From Antedon mediterranea (Eukaryota; Animalia; Echinodermata): a stretch of 64,000 bases of DNA. The stretch is from positions 8,742,001 through 8,806,000 of the forward strand of contig NC_092671.1 of the NCBI RefSeq assembly GCF_964355755.1, given 5' to 3'. Positions 57,101 to 64,000 of the stretch are shown here, in pieces. Position 1 is the stretch's first letter. Each line of letters begins with the position of its first letter. Under the pieces are notes generated by a model. That model ran no database searches. It was not told where the DNA came from and was given only the letters and a program-made list of their open reading frames with translations. Made by a program: the position numbers and the translations under genes.

Positions 57101-60100
57101 AATAAAATTATATTGTGTAGATTTAATTAAACATAGCAATGGTTGTGGTCAAGGGGAGGAGGGGGTGATGATACCTTCAAGGTATATAAAAATATAAATT
57201 AAAACAACATAATGTTTTTGAAAACTAGGAATGAGAATAGGCTAAAGCCCAAACAGTCTCCAGGGGAGGTACAATAGAGAGCATGATTTTCATTCAAAGG
57301 GATTTGTTATGGCTTAGATTTAGTTCAATTTTTGTTTCTCTTTGCTCCATGGTTTCTGTTCGTCTTGTTCTGTTTTAATAAGAGAAATGTAAAAATGAAA
57401 ATGAAATAAGCATTGACAAATAGCATCATAAAAAAAATCAACACCTTAATCTTATACATTTTTAAGTGACCTGAAAATCTTATCACAAACATAATGAAGT
57501 TTACTTTTAATTTAATTTTAATTACAAAGATTACTATATTATAAAACCTTTCTTTGGCTTTTACCTTCCAGATTTGATTAGTTTTGGAATTTTCATTTGC
57601 AAGATCCATGGGCAATTATTATTGGCTACAGCTTATATAGGAATCATTTCAAATTACTATACTGTATATTATTATTATTATTATTATTACTTGTATAGCG
57701 CACATTTATACAACATTTAATTATAATCAGCGGCGCTTCACATCAATTAGTACCGTAACATTGTTTGAAATATAGTGCTTTTAAATGTTTTTTAAACTGA
57801 TTATAGTCGTCTAAGTGCTTAATGTGACTTGGTAATCTGTTCCAAATTTTGGGTCCTGCTACGGCGAACGAACGGTCAGCAAATGTCTTTCGTTTAGTTC
57901 GTGGGATTGTCAGGTTATAATTGCTGGTGCTTGAACGAGTACTGCGAGAAACATTCCGCACAGTAAGAATATCTCTCAGGTAACTTGGAGCGGAACCTTT
58001 AAGCGAACGCCATACAAGACACGCTATTTTGAATTGACATCTATGAGACATCGGAAGCCAGTGCAAGGATCGCATGGCGTTAGTTGCACTGTCATACCGA
58101 CCTTTCCTGACAATTATTTTCGCAGCTTGGTGCAGTAACCTCTTCATTGGAGCAAGGGTATTAGCAGGTAGACCATAATACAATGCATTGGCGTAATCAA
58201 TATGTGACAGCACGAGCGATTGAACAAAAATACTGTACAAAAGTTAACTACATTTTTAAAACATTAACTACATTTAATTTATTTTGTTTTCAATGTAGAA
58301 GTCAAATAGGTCTACTGTACTGAGTTTTTATTGAGTGAGTACAAATCAACGTACACACATTTTATCAAGTTTAATACATTTTTTTGTATTTAAACAAAAA
58401 TTATTTTATAGATGTTAATCTCTAAATTAATAAATTCTTATTTAATATTTACCCACAGCATTGTTATTTTTTCAGTAATTTGCCTTTGGAATTATAATAC
58501 TATACTCTAATTTACCTGCCAAATTGAACGCTGGTAATTTATTGTATTTTACCTATTAGTTAAAAGCAATATTAAAAAATGTGCCATTAAATTGGTGCAC
58601 AGTATAACTATAAAGGGTTTATATAATAATGTCAAGGAGGCAGAGTTTATAGCTTTCATTTTTTAATCAATATAAAATATCGATCAATGGTTGTGTAAGA
58701 TTATTTATATTACAAAATATTTTAATATAATAAGTTCAACTTAATCATAAAAAGGTTAAAAGGTTAATGAATTTTCATTTAAAACTAGGCTCAAAATTTG
58801 ATAATCAAATCTACAGAACTATGTGCCAAACTCTTATGTTATCAATTGAAAAAAGGGGCTTTGGTAAACAAATACAAACATATGTGTTACAATGATAAAA
58901 GACTTATTCCCCTTTTACAACCATAAACCAACCTGTGTCGAATCCAGATAATTTCCTTTTTATCTAATTTAGTAACCAGGGAATGACATGGGTTGCTTTT
59001 ATTTACACTGCCATCCTGTGTTAAATGTTCTTAATAAAAATATTGCCCTCTGATGTAAAAGAGACACCATTGTAACAAAAATTGCCAGTAGCTGCAATCC
59101 TTTCAATGATTGTTTTGCCTTAAAATCTAATTCAAACTTATTCTACGTAGTTATAACTACATTTTGTTTACTCATTAATCTATTTTCTGTTTATACAACT
59201 ACTTTAACAAGCTTTTTTGTTAATGGGGTGGGATATATATCAGTGACTGCCTCATAAACTTTTACATTTGAAAAACTTACCCTTCAAGTAATGACATTTC
59301 TCCACCGTTTCCCTCTAAACTGCCATAACTAAACATAGAAACATCAAGACCTAGAAATCAAAGGAATATTTTATCAACAATTTTATAAAGTTGCTTCATT
59401 GAACGAAACAGATTGAGCAGTTTTGATTCTTATTAAGCTTGGTTCCCACTAGAACGTAACGCAAGGACGTAAACGCAACGCAAGCGTTTTAACCAATGAC
59501 AAGCGAAGTTATAGACAGTTAGCAATCACAAGCGAATAAGCCATCGCTTGTGATTGGTCAATTCACTTGCGTTGCGTTACGTCCTTGCGTTGCGTCGCTA
59601 GTGGGAACCACGCTTTATAGTCATAATAAAGTAAGTGTATCTTTGCCATGGGTTAAATTTGTATCATGCGCCATTTACTGTATTATTTTTATTGCACAAT
59701 AAGATAATGGTTCTATTTATGGTTCTATAGCACGGTAGCTTGGTGAATGTTTTATTTACAACACGACATTGCCTTTAACAGTCAATATTTCACCTCAGAA
59801 ATATTCTCCCCAATAGCATTGCACATTTGGATACTATTCAATATCAAGCTTGCAATAAATTAAAAGTGAATGATCAACTTAACAGTAATTGAGTTTACTT
59901 TGGAACACATACTATAATATTGGTTTAGCATATTAAATCACTTTTTAATTATAGACCGAATTCTATGAAAGCAATACTGTAGTCTTAGAATAATGCTACT
60001 AATGTATTAATACGTAGAATAAACAAAATCAAACAATATTACCTGATGATCTATGACGCCTCCTACACCACTGTGCTATGGACTCCTCATCCAAAATTTG

Positions 60101-63100
60101 TCTGTTGCTCAATCCACTTTTGTCAAGATAAGAGTTGTCTGCATTTCTTCAGAGAGAGAAAAAAATCAATAACCTGCATGTGTTTATATGAACGACAGGA
60201 AATTTGGTCATAAACACATGTCATATTCAGAGAAATCACAGTACCTTTCATTAATAAATTAAGTTGTAGTACTGTTATTTATGAAGATACAGTATCTTTT
60301 ATTGTGACAATCAATGGGAACAATGTACAGTAGGAAAGAATTAAATAAATGTGGAATAGATTAGTTCATATGATTTTTTAAATAGATTAAATTATTTAAA
60401 ACTATTAATACATATTATAAAACTAAAGAATATGTCTTCATTGGTGATTATTCAGAATGTGATTCTACTATAGTTAAGTCTATTTGAAATTAGACAAAAC
60501 CATATAACATCCCTGACGTGTCAATCACACCTTTACTTTCTCATTTAATTGAAACTAACTACTCTTGAAACACTATATCTTTAATTATTGTTTTGTAACT
60601 GTTCTTCATACTATGTGAACTTCTTTGGTTCATTTTAAAGATAGTGATTTTGCTGTTTGATCAGCAAATAAAGCCAAAAGCAAAATTATGTAATTTTCCC
60701 AATTTGACACATTGAGGCCAACTTAAACAGCGTCGTACGATGAGGCCTGGGAGAAAATTAAAAATGTTTAATGTTCTCTCAACGACCTAAAAACTACACC
60801 CTGGTGCTATCTTAAGATGATTCATCTCGTCGGGATTCAACTCAGACAGCACTGACGATTCAAGATGCTTCTGTTTGAGTTGGCCTTTACTAAAAAGTGG
60901 AGGCCTATTTTAGCAACAGAATGATGAATTCTGTATTATCCTAGCACAAGTTTTTTTAACAGTAACTAAGAATAGAAAGCATTTAATTTTGACAGTGAAT
61001 TAGACAGTTAATCACCTATATCCATTAAATACTCAACAAAAACATGTCAATTTGTATCTTCTAAAACGATCTAACAAGTACTTTAATTACATTTACTGGA
61101 TATAATTGCAATATAATTCTTCTACAAAAATCCATAAAAACTAATATGGTAATGGAAACTTACTCAAGTCTATATTTGTCTACCCACTGGTTGAATGCTG
61201 TTGTAAATGTGTAGCTGTCCACTTCTGTATCTTCACCTTTCGGATCAAGCAAATGAACAAGACCTTCCATTAATCTCACCTAAGATCAGAAAATAATTAT
61301 TGTACAATACCTGTGAAATATTTGATAGACCCCTTTGGGAGATACTGTAAGGTTTGCAGTAGATTACCTGTATTAAGTTATGGAGATTATAGTGAACTAA
61401 TGTATACTATCTCTGGTCAAGTAGAGAAGTTTTAATACAGAAATACTAAATAAATGTTTTTTTTTTTCAATAATAAAGAAAAGTTATGAATGTGTAATGA
61501 ATAAACAAAATTGTCAATGCTTCTTAATCTCAACATTTTCTAATCTGTCTGTACAATCTACAGGTTTCTTTACAAAAATATTTTTTTAATTGGTTAGAAT
61601 AAAGATGTGATTTTGAGCATAACTTTGCAGACATTTTAACAGGCCTTAATAATTTGTTTACTAAATCTTACCATTTCATAATAATGTACCTATCACTATT
61701 TAAAAAAAAAATGATTTTAAAATAAACAGAATGGATATTTTTTCCAACACAACACATTAATATAGAGTGGCCTTAGCGTATAGTAAACTCAAAGGTTGGA
61801 AATAAAGTGGACGCTATGTCTACTATAGGAATCTATTAACAACACTGTTCATGCAGTTTTCTACTGATTAAGAGTACTTATACAGATAATTTTACTTTGC
61901 TTAATTTAACTACGAGTTAAGTAAACAGATCATTCTATGAATATTCACAGCTGGCAAATTTCTCATAATTTATTAAAGAGTTTGTTTTATTTTCACTGCT
62001 GCACTGTACAGTACTGTGAGATTGCTAATTACAATAAAGGCATGCATACTGTGAAGGAAACTTAAAGCTTGGTTCCCACTAGGAATAATGTAATGCAAGG
62101 ACGTATATTCAACGCAAGCGAGTTGACCAATGACAACCGTCAGTTCGCATAATCCATTGCTTGTGATTGGTTGCGTTGTGTTCTAGTGGGAACCAAGTTT
62201 CAAGCCAATATATTCACGCAATTGAACATTCCTGAGTTATGATTGGTTATGCATTTTTCCATGTCACAAAAAGTAGATTAAAATATCAATATGCATGCGC
62301 ATTAGTAACAAATTTTGATTCGTGAAAAATAAATTAGCCTAGTGGAAAACCAGCTTTAGATACTGTACATAGAATAACCAAAATAAATATACATTCTAAT
62401 TACTTAATTAATTGTAAGTAGTAAGTCAATGATAGCCTTGCAAATTGTATAATTGCTTTACTAAAAAGTCAATAACTAAATAAATCATGCAACAGCAAAA
62501 AAAAAAAAAGATACTTGGTTTGTTTCAATTCATTCACCAATAATAATGATAATCACTGTTTAAATTATCAAAGTAAAAATATATTTTAAATACTAAACAA
62601 ACAACTTTTTAAAATTGTATCACTTTTATAATATAAAGTTTTTTTTAAATAAAACACTATTACCTGTGTACTTGCCTGTACAAGTTTGTTTTTGTACTAT
62701 TTTTGACACAACCAGTTAGAAATGTATCCAATCAGTTATTTATTTCACAATTATTGCTGGGTGATTTCATATTTCTCTCCCTAAAGATTCAGTTTTTTAA
62801 ATATACTGTAGGACCATACGTTAGACCTTACCTCATCATCGTTACGCATGGGCATGATGACTGAATGTACACAATCCACTAGATGCGATGGATGCACTTT
62901 CCCAGACTGTGTCACATCACAAGAACCAAATAAACTGTCCAATAAATTTTCCTCATTCACATATTTTTCCCTATTTCCTGCATCTGGCGTCTTGAGAAAA
63001 CTCACAGCTTCCATGTTAATGAAGGAATAAGATATACAATCGGATCCACTTGTTGAGTTGTCTGATCCACTAGGTAGACGTTTTGGCCGGTATTTGCGTA

Positions 63101-63260
63101 TACCAATATTTTTCTCTGGAGTTGAATTTTCTTCTAATTCAAATGACGAATCTCCTGATCCTTCAAATGTTTCAGTTGTTTTTGTTAACAAATTTGATGG
63201 AGATATATTAGAATTGATGGGTTCTTCAATTCTCACTGTATCCTTTGTGTTAGTCTCCAT
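1..63260 (-). CDS. LRMP: Multi-exon gene (~45 coding exons, 3' end outside window): long-form LRMP/IRAG2-like protein with KASH5-type EF-hand and coiled coil, MRVI1/IRAG domain and C-terminal TM
   Basis: Hand-spliced GT-AG exons keep one open frame from ATG 63260 to position 1. Motifs: LDSLFGSCDVTQSGKV...LLDPKGEDTEVDSYTFTTAFNQWV (KASH5-like EF-hand); LTEKEVEDKFLNLSIALKTDKFTLEKR...AESLGATHQENRLSVASDVMITHVENLKKMYEKQHSEL (IRAG/LRMP); RRRASVA; TM LTVTIIMLIFAVLTLIFTI. Orthology to IRAG1, IRAG2 or KASH5 is not resolved. Confidence 0.88.
1456..1587 (-). CDS. LRMP: Exon (FEEGVRVQLSQDLIELRKQQ...IIPME)
   Basis: gtag|...|GTATGT, phase 2 to 2. Confidence 0.88.
1678..2052. mobile_element. PIF/Harbinger-like MITE, family B
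   Basis: TIR AGCCGATTTTCCACTAGGCGAATTTG; TTA target duplication on both sides; decayed relative at ~62203-62356. Confidence 0.85.
3934..4038 (-). CDS. LRMP: Exon (KSQVSFSDESSS...IEEQSFNR)
   Basis: ttag|...|GTATGT, phase 2 to 2; the spliced EEQSFNRGFEEG resembles IRAG1 EEAYSKGFQEG. Confidence 0.87.
4886..5377. mobile_element. Kolobok-like non-autonomous element
   Basis: TTAA|AGATGTATTGTC...GACAATACATCT|TTAA. Confidence 0.75.
5913..6091. mobile_element. Short MITE
   Basis: Imperfect TIR GCCATATTCACTAATCACACTT / AAGTGTGAATGGTGAATACGGC. Confidence 0.55.
7466..7596 (-). CDS. LRMP: Exon (DARSRFSSAIAATAARNKL...TLMK)
   Basis: aaag|...|GTTAGT, phase 0 to 2. Confidence 0.87.
8396..8689. mobile_element. 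Kolobok-like element, internally deleted copy
   Basis: TTAA|AGATATATTGTCCCC...GGGGACAATACATCT|TTAA. Confidence 0.75.
8722..8808 (-). CDS. LRMP: 87-nt cassette exon (HEISQRRYATVRRSSIPHLNPLTSNTQLE)
   Basis: ccag|...|GTTCAT, phase 0; GC-rich island in an AT-rich intron. Confidence 0.6.
9995..10093 (-). mobile_element. tRNA-derived SINE fragment
   Basis: Minus strand reads CCCTTCCAATCCCAAGGTCCAGGGTTCAATCCTGACCTAGTG, similar to the 32856 copy. Confidence 0.6.
10288..10356 (-). CDS. LRMP: 69-nt cassette exon (SLTKKSRRLSVQPFSSFNLEDYK)
   Basis: tttttgttctccag|...|GTTTTC (weak donor), phase 0. Confidence 0.6.
12055..12123 (-). CDS. LRMP: 69-nt exon (GGRRRASVATFIGYNNISNQGGQ)
   Basis: atag|...|GTAAGC; RRRASVA corresponds to the IRAG RRRVSVA motif. 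Confidence 0.87.
12475..12648. mobile_element. PIF/Harbinger-like MITE, family C
   Basis: TIR AGCxTGGTTCCCACTAG; near-identical inverted copy at 59436-59614; decayed copy ~62066-62198. Confidence 0.85.
12991..13125 (+). repeat. 40-bp tandem repeat x3.4
   Basis: AATACAGGTAAATAGAGGGTGGTATTTCAATAAAGTAAAA repeated. Confidence 0.9.
14122..14190 (-). CDS. LRMP: 69-nt cassette exon (IRSKVRLNRCRSESDKEMIHCDE)
   Basis: cttccactcttcag|...|GTAGTG, phase 0. Confidence 0.65.
14618..14667 (-). CDS. LRMP: Exon (DSRLVTRRSLTMAGTPK)
   Basis: acag|...|GTAATT, phase 1 to 0. Confidence 0.82.
15681..15706 (-). CDS. LRMP: Candidate 26-nt exon (VSRWTKRRR), likely alternative to 14618..14667
   Basis: tttttactcaatag|...|GTAAGT, phase 1 to 0. 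Confidence 0.5.
16013..16027 (-). CDS. LRMP: Candidate 15-nt micro-exon (AEDRQ)
   Basis: ttctaacctgc...ttatttttcaaag|CTGAGGATAGACAAG|gtttgt, symmetric phase 1. Confidence 0.55.
16247..16311 (-). CDS. LRMP: Exon 35 (KLLEENKLLFRGNSPLGMAND)
   Basis: tcag|...|GTAATG, phase 2 to 1. Confidence 0.88.
16704..16801 (-). CDS. LRMP: Exon 34, IRAG core (ENRLSVASDVMITHVENLKKMYEKQHSELEDA)
   Basis: atag|...|GTCAGT, phase 0 to 2. Confidence 0.92.
17230..17361 (-). CDS. LRMP: Exon 33, IRAG core (TLDPLC...RLSCKAESLGATHQ)
   Basis: tcag|...|GTAATG, phase 0. Confidence 0.92.
17467..17639. mobile_element. PIF/Harbinger-like MITE, family A (representative copy)
   Basis: TIR AGCTCTGTCTACACTATC, TTA TSD, internal ATATCACTACCATAT repeats. 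Other copies: ~438-574, 8975-9104, 16890-17070, 39160-39296, 44445-44569, 51022-51163, 54331-54488, 54945-55083; fragment ~45650-45685. Confidence 0.88.
17938..18106 (-). CDS. LRMP: Exon 32, IRAG/MRVI1 core (PVLTEKEVEDKFLNLSIALKTDKFTLEKRVYLQDRQRNLAEANVDEEL)
   Basis: atag|...|GTTAGT; closely resembles the LRMP/IRAG coiled-coil signature. Confidence 0.93.
18366..18709 (-). CDS. LRMP: Exon 31 (VNKIKRSTPVFKMPELAE...LAKSKD)
   Basis: ccag|...|GTAAGT, phase 0 to 2; ORF 18362..18673. Confidence 0.87.
19006..19143 (-). CDS. LRMP: Exon 30 (QSIDEQQM...SKLRK)
   Basis: ttag|...|GTAAGA, phase 0. Confidence 0.87.
19418..19774 (+). mobile_element. 5'-truncated RTE-clade LINE
   Basis: RMLRIPWTDRVSNEDVL...GKIEGRRSR...WL...DRELW with a frameshift, (GA)n tail, 10-bp TSD ATCACAACAC. 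Confidence 0.88.
19845..20044 (-). CDS. LRMP: Exon 29 with coding 15-bp repeat (GDTPS-GETPS-GDTPS-GDTSY-GDTSY)
   Basis: caag|...|GTTTGT, phase 1 to 0. Confidence 0.85.
20192..20945 (+). repeat. 105-bp minisatellite, ~7.2 near-identical copies
   Basis: Period 105 (20192, 20297, ...); contains GGTTAGGGTTA. Confidence 0.95.
21003..21083 (-). CDS. LRMP: Exon 28 (HNNRSRSLSPRN...QITN)
   Basis: ttag|...|GTAGGA, phase 1 to 1. Confidence 0.85.
21389..21541 (-). CDS. LRMP: Exon 27 (NVSDLING...RRAGGGLT)
   Basis: ttag|...|GTAACT, phase 1 to 1. Confidence 0.85.
22571..22656 (-). CDS. LRMP: Exon 26 (CSVNTPSRKLSPRPKRR...TVP)
   Basis: ttag|...|GTATAC, phase 2 to 1. Confidence 0.85.
23084..23199 (-). CDS. 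LRMP: Exon 25 (KSSQDRQAEAQKM...QTDDD)
   Basis: atag|...|GTATGT, phase 0 to 2. Confidence 0.87.
23752..23869 (-). CDS. LRMP: Exon 24 (FIDQPEAM...TLWHT)
   Basis: ttag|...|GTATGT, phase 2 to 0. Confidence 0.85.
24167..24602 (-). CDS. LRMP: Exon 23 (ALSLDLDKRLL...LNQPP)
   Basis: atag|...|GTAATG, phase 1 to 2; ORF 24163..24591. Confidence 0.9.
25897..26830 (+). repeat. 101-bp tandem array (~9 copies), left arm
   Basis: Period 101 (e.g. 26211 to 26312); monomer carries a ~45-bp internal palindrome. Confidence 0.92.
26878..28730. repeat. ~620-bp self-palindromic module x2 plus an inverted partial copy
   Basis: 26878-27500 and 27502-28140 each fold back, with TAACCCTAACCCTAG-like and CTAGGGTTAGGGTTA arms; ~28430-28730 is a reversed partial copy. 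Confidence 0.8.
29354..30249. mobile_element. Inner foldback unit with inverted arrays of a 15-bp repeat (TGAAAATTGCGTCGA)
   Basis: Arrays 29361-29575 and 29985-30243 in opposite orientation; matching ends GGCGATGATAAAA / TTTTATCATCGCC. Confidence 0.8.
30625..32168 (-). repeat. Same 101-bp array in inverted orientation (~15 copies), right arm
   Basis: Reverse complement of the left array. Confidence 0.92.
32500..32602 (-). CDS. LRMP: Exon 22 (EALNFNQF...SPSSLV)
   Basis: ttag|...G|GTAAGT, phase 0 to 1, matching exon 23. Confidence 0.82.
32856..32965 (+). mobile_element. tRNA(Gly)-derived SINE fragment
   Basis: CCTTCCAA...GGTTCAATCC B box; related copy on the minus strand at ~9995-10093. Confidence 0.6.
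34521..35640 (+). mobile_element. 5'-truncated, disrupted CR1/L2-group (Crack/Daphne-like) LINE, RT end
   Basis: YADDT at 34563, KFLGVYLDSKLNWK, YCSLILPYLTYC..IWGNT, GPKLW; stop and frameshift; AATAAA near 35620. Confidence 0.85.
36816..37854. mobile_element. Mutator-like non-autonomous element with nested internal palindrome
   Basis: TIR GGGTGTCACGAAACCTAAGACCACGAAAGCTAAGACC; exact 10-bp TSD TGAGAAATCT (36806-36815, 37855-37864). Confidence 0.85.
38008..38115 (-). CDS. LRMP: Exon 21 (EFVDQLQG...EIASL)
   Basis: acag|...|GTAAGT, phase 0. Confidence 0.87.
43639..43734 (-). CDS. LRMP: Exon 20 (NSLALTMTEHH...SNESQ)
   Basis: ttag|...|GTAAAA, phase 0. Confidence 0.82.
44880..44962 (-). CDS. LRMP: Exon 19 (CIVKLESEINQ...YNTLE)
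   Basis: tcag|...|GTAGGC, phase 1 to 0. Confidence 0.85.
45089..45129 (-). CDS. LRMP: Exon 18 (ELNKLEDNLKVKE)
   Basis: tcag|...|GTAAAG, phase 2 to 1. Confidence 0.85.
45405..45526 (-). CDS. LRMP: Exon 17 (IDKCNAEF...LDQQQ)
   Basis: gtag|...|GTAAGT, phase 0 to 2. Confidence 0.88.
45707..45867 (-). CDS. LRMP: Exon 16 (ENGKMIKRH...ILDEK)
   Basis: atag|...|GTAAGT, phase 1 to 0. Confidence 0.88.
46427..46464 (-). CDS. LRMP: Exon 15 (IAKLRQIIKKLR)
   Basis: atag|...|GTATGT, phase 2 to 1. Confidence 0.85.
46740..46831 (-). CDS. LRMP: Exon 14 (ILPENPLYAD...SESEG)
   Basis: gtag|...|GTATTG, phase 0 to 2. Confidence 0.85.
47500..47706 (-). CDS. LRMP: Exon 13 (VSQESNLPSPLC...LTDKQ)
   Basis: ttag|...|GTACAA, phase 0; ORF 47479..47706. 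Confidence 0.82.
47793..47932. mobile_element. Decayed Tc1/mariner-type MITE family
   Basis: CAGTAGARC...GGTTCTACT ends with GTCCCCTTAATAG repeats; relatives near 20117-20185, 49175-49361, 49680-49850 and 54270-54320. Confidence 0.55.
49433..49627 (-). CDS. LRMP: Exon 12 (KLKTEKIQLENQ...SLHSELKCL)
   Basis: ctag|...|GTTAGT, phase 0. Confidence 0.85.
50240..50830. repeat. Perfect 163-bp inverted repeat with 265-bp spacer
   Basis: 50240-50402 is the exact reverse complement of 50668-50830. Confidence 0.93.
51693..51728 (-). CDS. LRMP: Exon 11 (FLFNTTIKALEK)
   Basis: ccag|...|GTAATG, 36 nt, phase 0, 70-nt upstream intron. Confidence 0.65.
51799..51858 (-). CDS. LRMP: Exon 10 (RVQKCEDLQTVLLEEQNEKD)
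   Basis: tcag|...|GTATGT, phase 0. Confidence 0.85.
52392..52448 (-). CDS. LRMP: Exon 9 (NCLETTKECLTEHEMKLSE)
   Basis: acag|...|GTAAT, phase 0. Confidence 0.85.
53401..53478 (-). CDS. LRMP: Exon 8 (LSQTQHELDQ...LKYYM)
   Basis: aaag|...|GTAAAT, phase 0. Confidence 0.85.
53869..53919 (-). CDS. LRMP: Exon 7 (EYEREVLETRITNLEDE)
   Basis: atag|...|GTAAT, phase 0. Confidence 0.87.
54708..54825 (-). CDS. LRMP: Exon 6, coiled coil (SQVITQR...KYQHL)
   Basis: acag|...|GTAAGT, phase 2 to 0. Confidence 0.88.
54945..55083. mobile_element. MITE family A copy
   Basis: Same TIRs as 17467-17639, TAA TSD. Confidence 0.85.
55111..55269 (-). CDS. LRMP: Exon 5, coiled coil (ESADLHNKIDD...KLQIK)
   Basis: atag|...|GTATT, phase 2 to 2; ORF 55104..55313. 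Confidence 0.9.
56167..56231 (-). CDS. Candidate alternative first coding exon (MDTIDNDTATWNNRQLMWLNE)
   Basis: ACCATGG start, open frame, GA|GTAAGT donor in phase 2 matching exon 5. Confidence 0.55.
56310..56660 (+). repeat. Degenerate ~125-135-bp tandem repeat x~2.7
   Basis: Repeated CAGGCAACCACTGAAxTTGCAGAATAATCAAGTGGAATT and ATACACCTT blocks. Confidence 0.75.
57667..58229 (-). mobile_element. 5'-truncated L2-clade LINE
   Basis: SLVLSHIDYAN..GLP..LHWLP..DRSFAVAGPKIWNRLP; GCGCTATACAAG(TAA)n tail; flanking ATACTGTA duplication. Confidence 0.88.
59281..59350 (-). CDS. LRMP: Exon 4 (LDVSMFSYGSLEGNGGEMSLLE)
   Basis: ctag|...|GTAAG, phase 1 to 2; SLEGxGGE motif resembles KASH5. Confidence 0.87.
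59436..59614. mobile_element. MITE family C copy
   Basis: TIRs and TTA/TTA TSD. Confidence 0.87.
60043..60146 (-). CDS. LRMP: Exon 3 (NADNSYLDK...RRRHRSS)
   Basis: gaag|...|GTAAT, phase 2 to 1. Confidence 0.8.
61164..61279 (-). CDS. LRMP: Exon 2 (VRLMEGLVHLLDPKGEDTEVDSYTFTTAFNQWVDKYRL), second EF-hand half
   Basis: ttag|...|GTAAGT, phase 0 to 2. Confidence 0.9.
62832..63260 (-). CDS. LRMP: Coding exon 1 (METNTKD...first EF-hand...MRNDDE)
   Basis: Acceptor at 63274, ATG at 63260, donor GAG|GTAAG; lies within ORF 62781..63302. Confidence 0.85.
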
Positions 63261-63418
63261 TTTGTTACCGTATTCTTCAGTAAAAAAAATATTAATTTTC
63301 ATTATAAACTGCTATAAATATAAATTGGTTGCAAGTTAAATTTTCTTTTATGATTGTGTAGCATTTGTTTTCAATGACGTGAAAATGCTTGTAGGGACTG
63401 TACTGGACTATGTCTTAA

Positions 63419-63676
63419 CCCTTTGAAGATGTGGTATGTATCCCATACGGGGTAATTTACTGTCCCAGGATGCGAGGCCCATATATGTACGGGTTGAATT
63501 TTTTGGGTCACTGAATTGCACTTTTTGAGCATTTGACCTTTGATCTAGGTAAAAAAATGCAATTTTTCGGAAGGCCAAAACATTTCACATAATAATGCAT
63601 TTTTCCTAAACCTAAAATACCTTATCATTTAGCCTCACTCAGTCACTGTGGGTAGATATCTCGCGTCTTCAAAGGG
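63419..63676. mobile_element. piggyBac-like MITE
   Basis: TTAA|CCCTTTGAAGA...TCTTCAAAGGG|TTAA. Confidence 0.85.
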
Positions 63677-63885
63677 TTAATAGAGTTAGTTAGCGCCTAC
63701 TAAACAGTAAGGTAGGCCTACTAGGCCTAGTTAGTAGTCCTATATATAGGAGCCCCTTTTCCCAATTAAAAGTTCTCATCATTTATCTATCTTTTTATTT
63801 AGGATAATTTACCTCATTTACTTTAGGCATACAATTTGAATAAATAGTTATTTTAATGAATATTACATATAATAGGCCTACTTAC

Positions 63886-64000
63886 TTCAACACTTGAAAT
63901 TGAAAAGCACAATCTGTAAGGAAATCTACATAAAAAAACACCTGCTTGACGATGGTCCTGGCGACTCGCCTTTTTTTGGTTGATTTGGCAGTCTCGTACG
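63886..64000 (-). other. Probable non-coding 5' UTR exon
   Basis: Strong donor GAA|GTAAGT at 63886; CpG-richer sequence towards the window end; exon 1 has an acceptor upstream of its ATG. Confidence 0.45.

Noticed and set aside
58933-59015. Open segment with cag acceptor and AG|GTTGGT donor
   Set aside because: Its open frame starts in phase 0, but exon 4 ends in phase 2

Overview
AT-rich eukaryotic (invertebrate-animal-like; host not identifiable from sequence) genomic DNA. Almost the whole window is one minus-strand gene, running from ATG 63260 off the left edge. I reconstructed about 45 GT-AG coding exons by hand with consistent phase (about 5.5 kb CDS, about 1,840 aa in the window). The protein joins a KASH5/CCDC155-type EF-hand and coiled-coil N-terminus, a low-complexity linker, an IRAG/LRMP (MRVI1/Jaw1) coiled coil, RRxS phospho-motifs and a C-terminal transmembrane helix, i.e. 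a long-form LRMP/IRAG protein. The sequence also suggests internal first exons, a 15-nt micro-exon, a mutually exclusive exon pair and a run of phospho-site cassette exons. The introns hold many MITEs (Harbinger-, Kolobok-, piggyBac-, MULE- and Tc1-like), truncated LINEs, tRNA-derived SINEs, tandem repeats and a perfect 163-bp inverted repeat. One intron contains a ~6.9-kb foldback-type composite element with palindromes nested at several scales. All family calls come from motif recognition; no searches were run.
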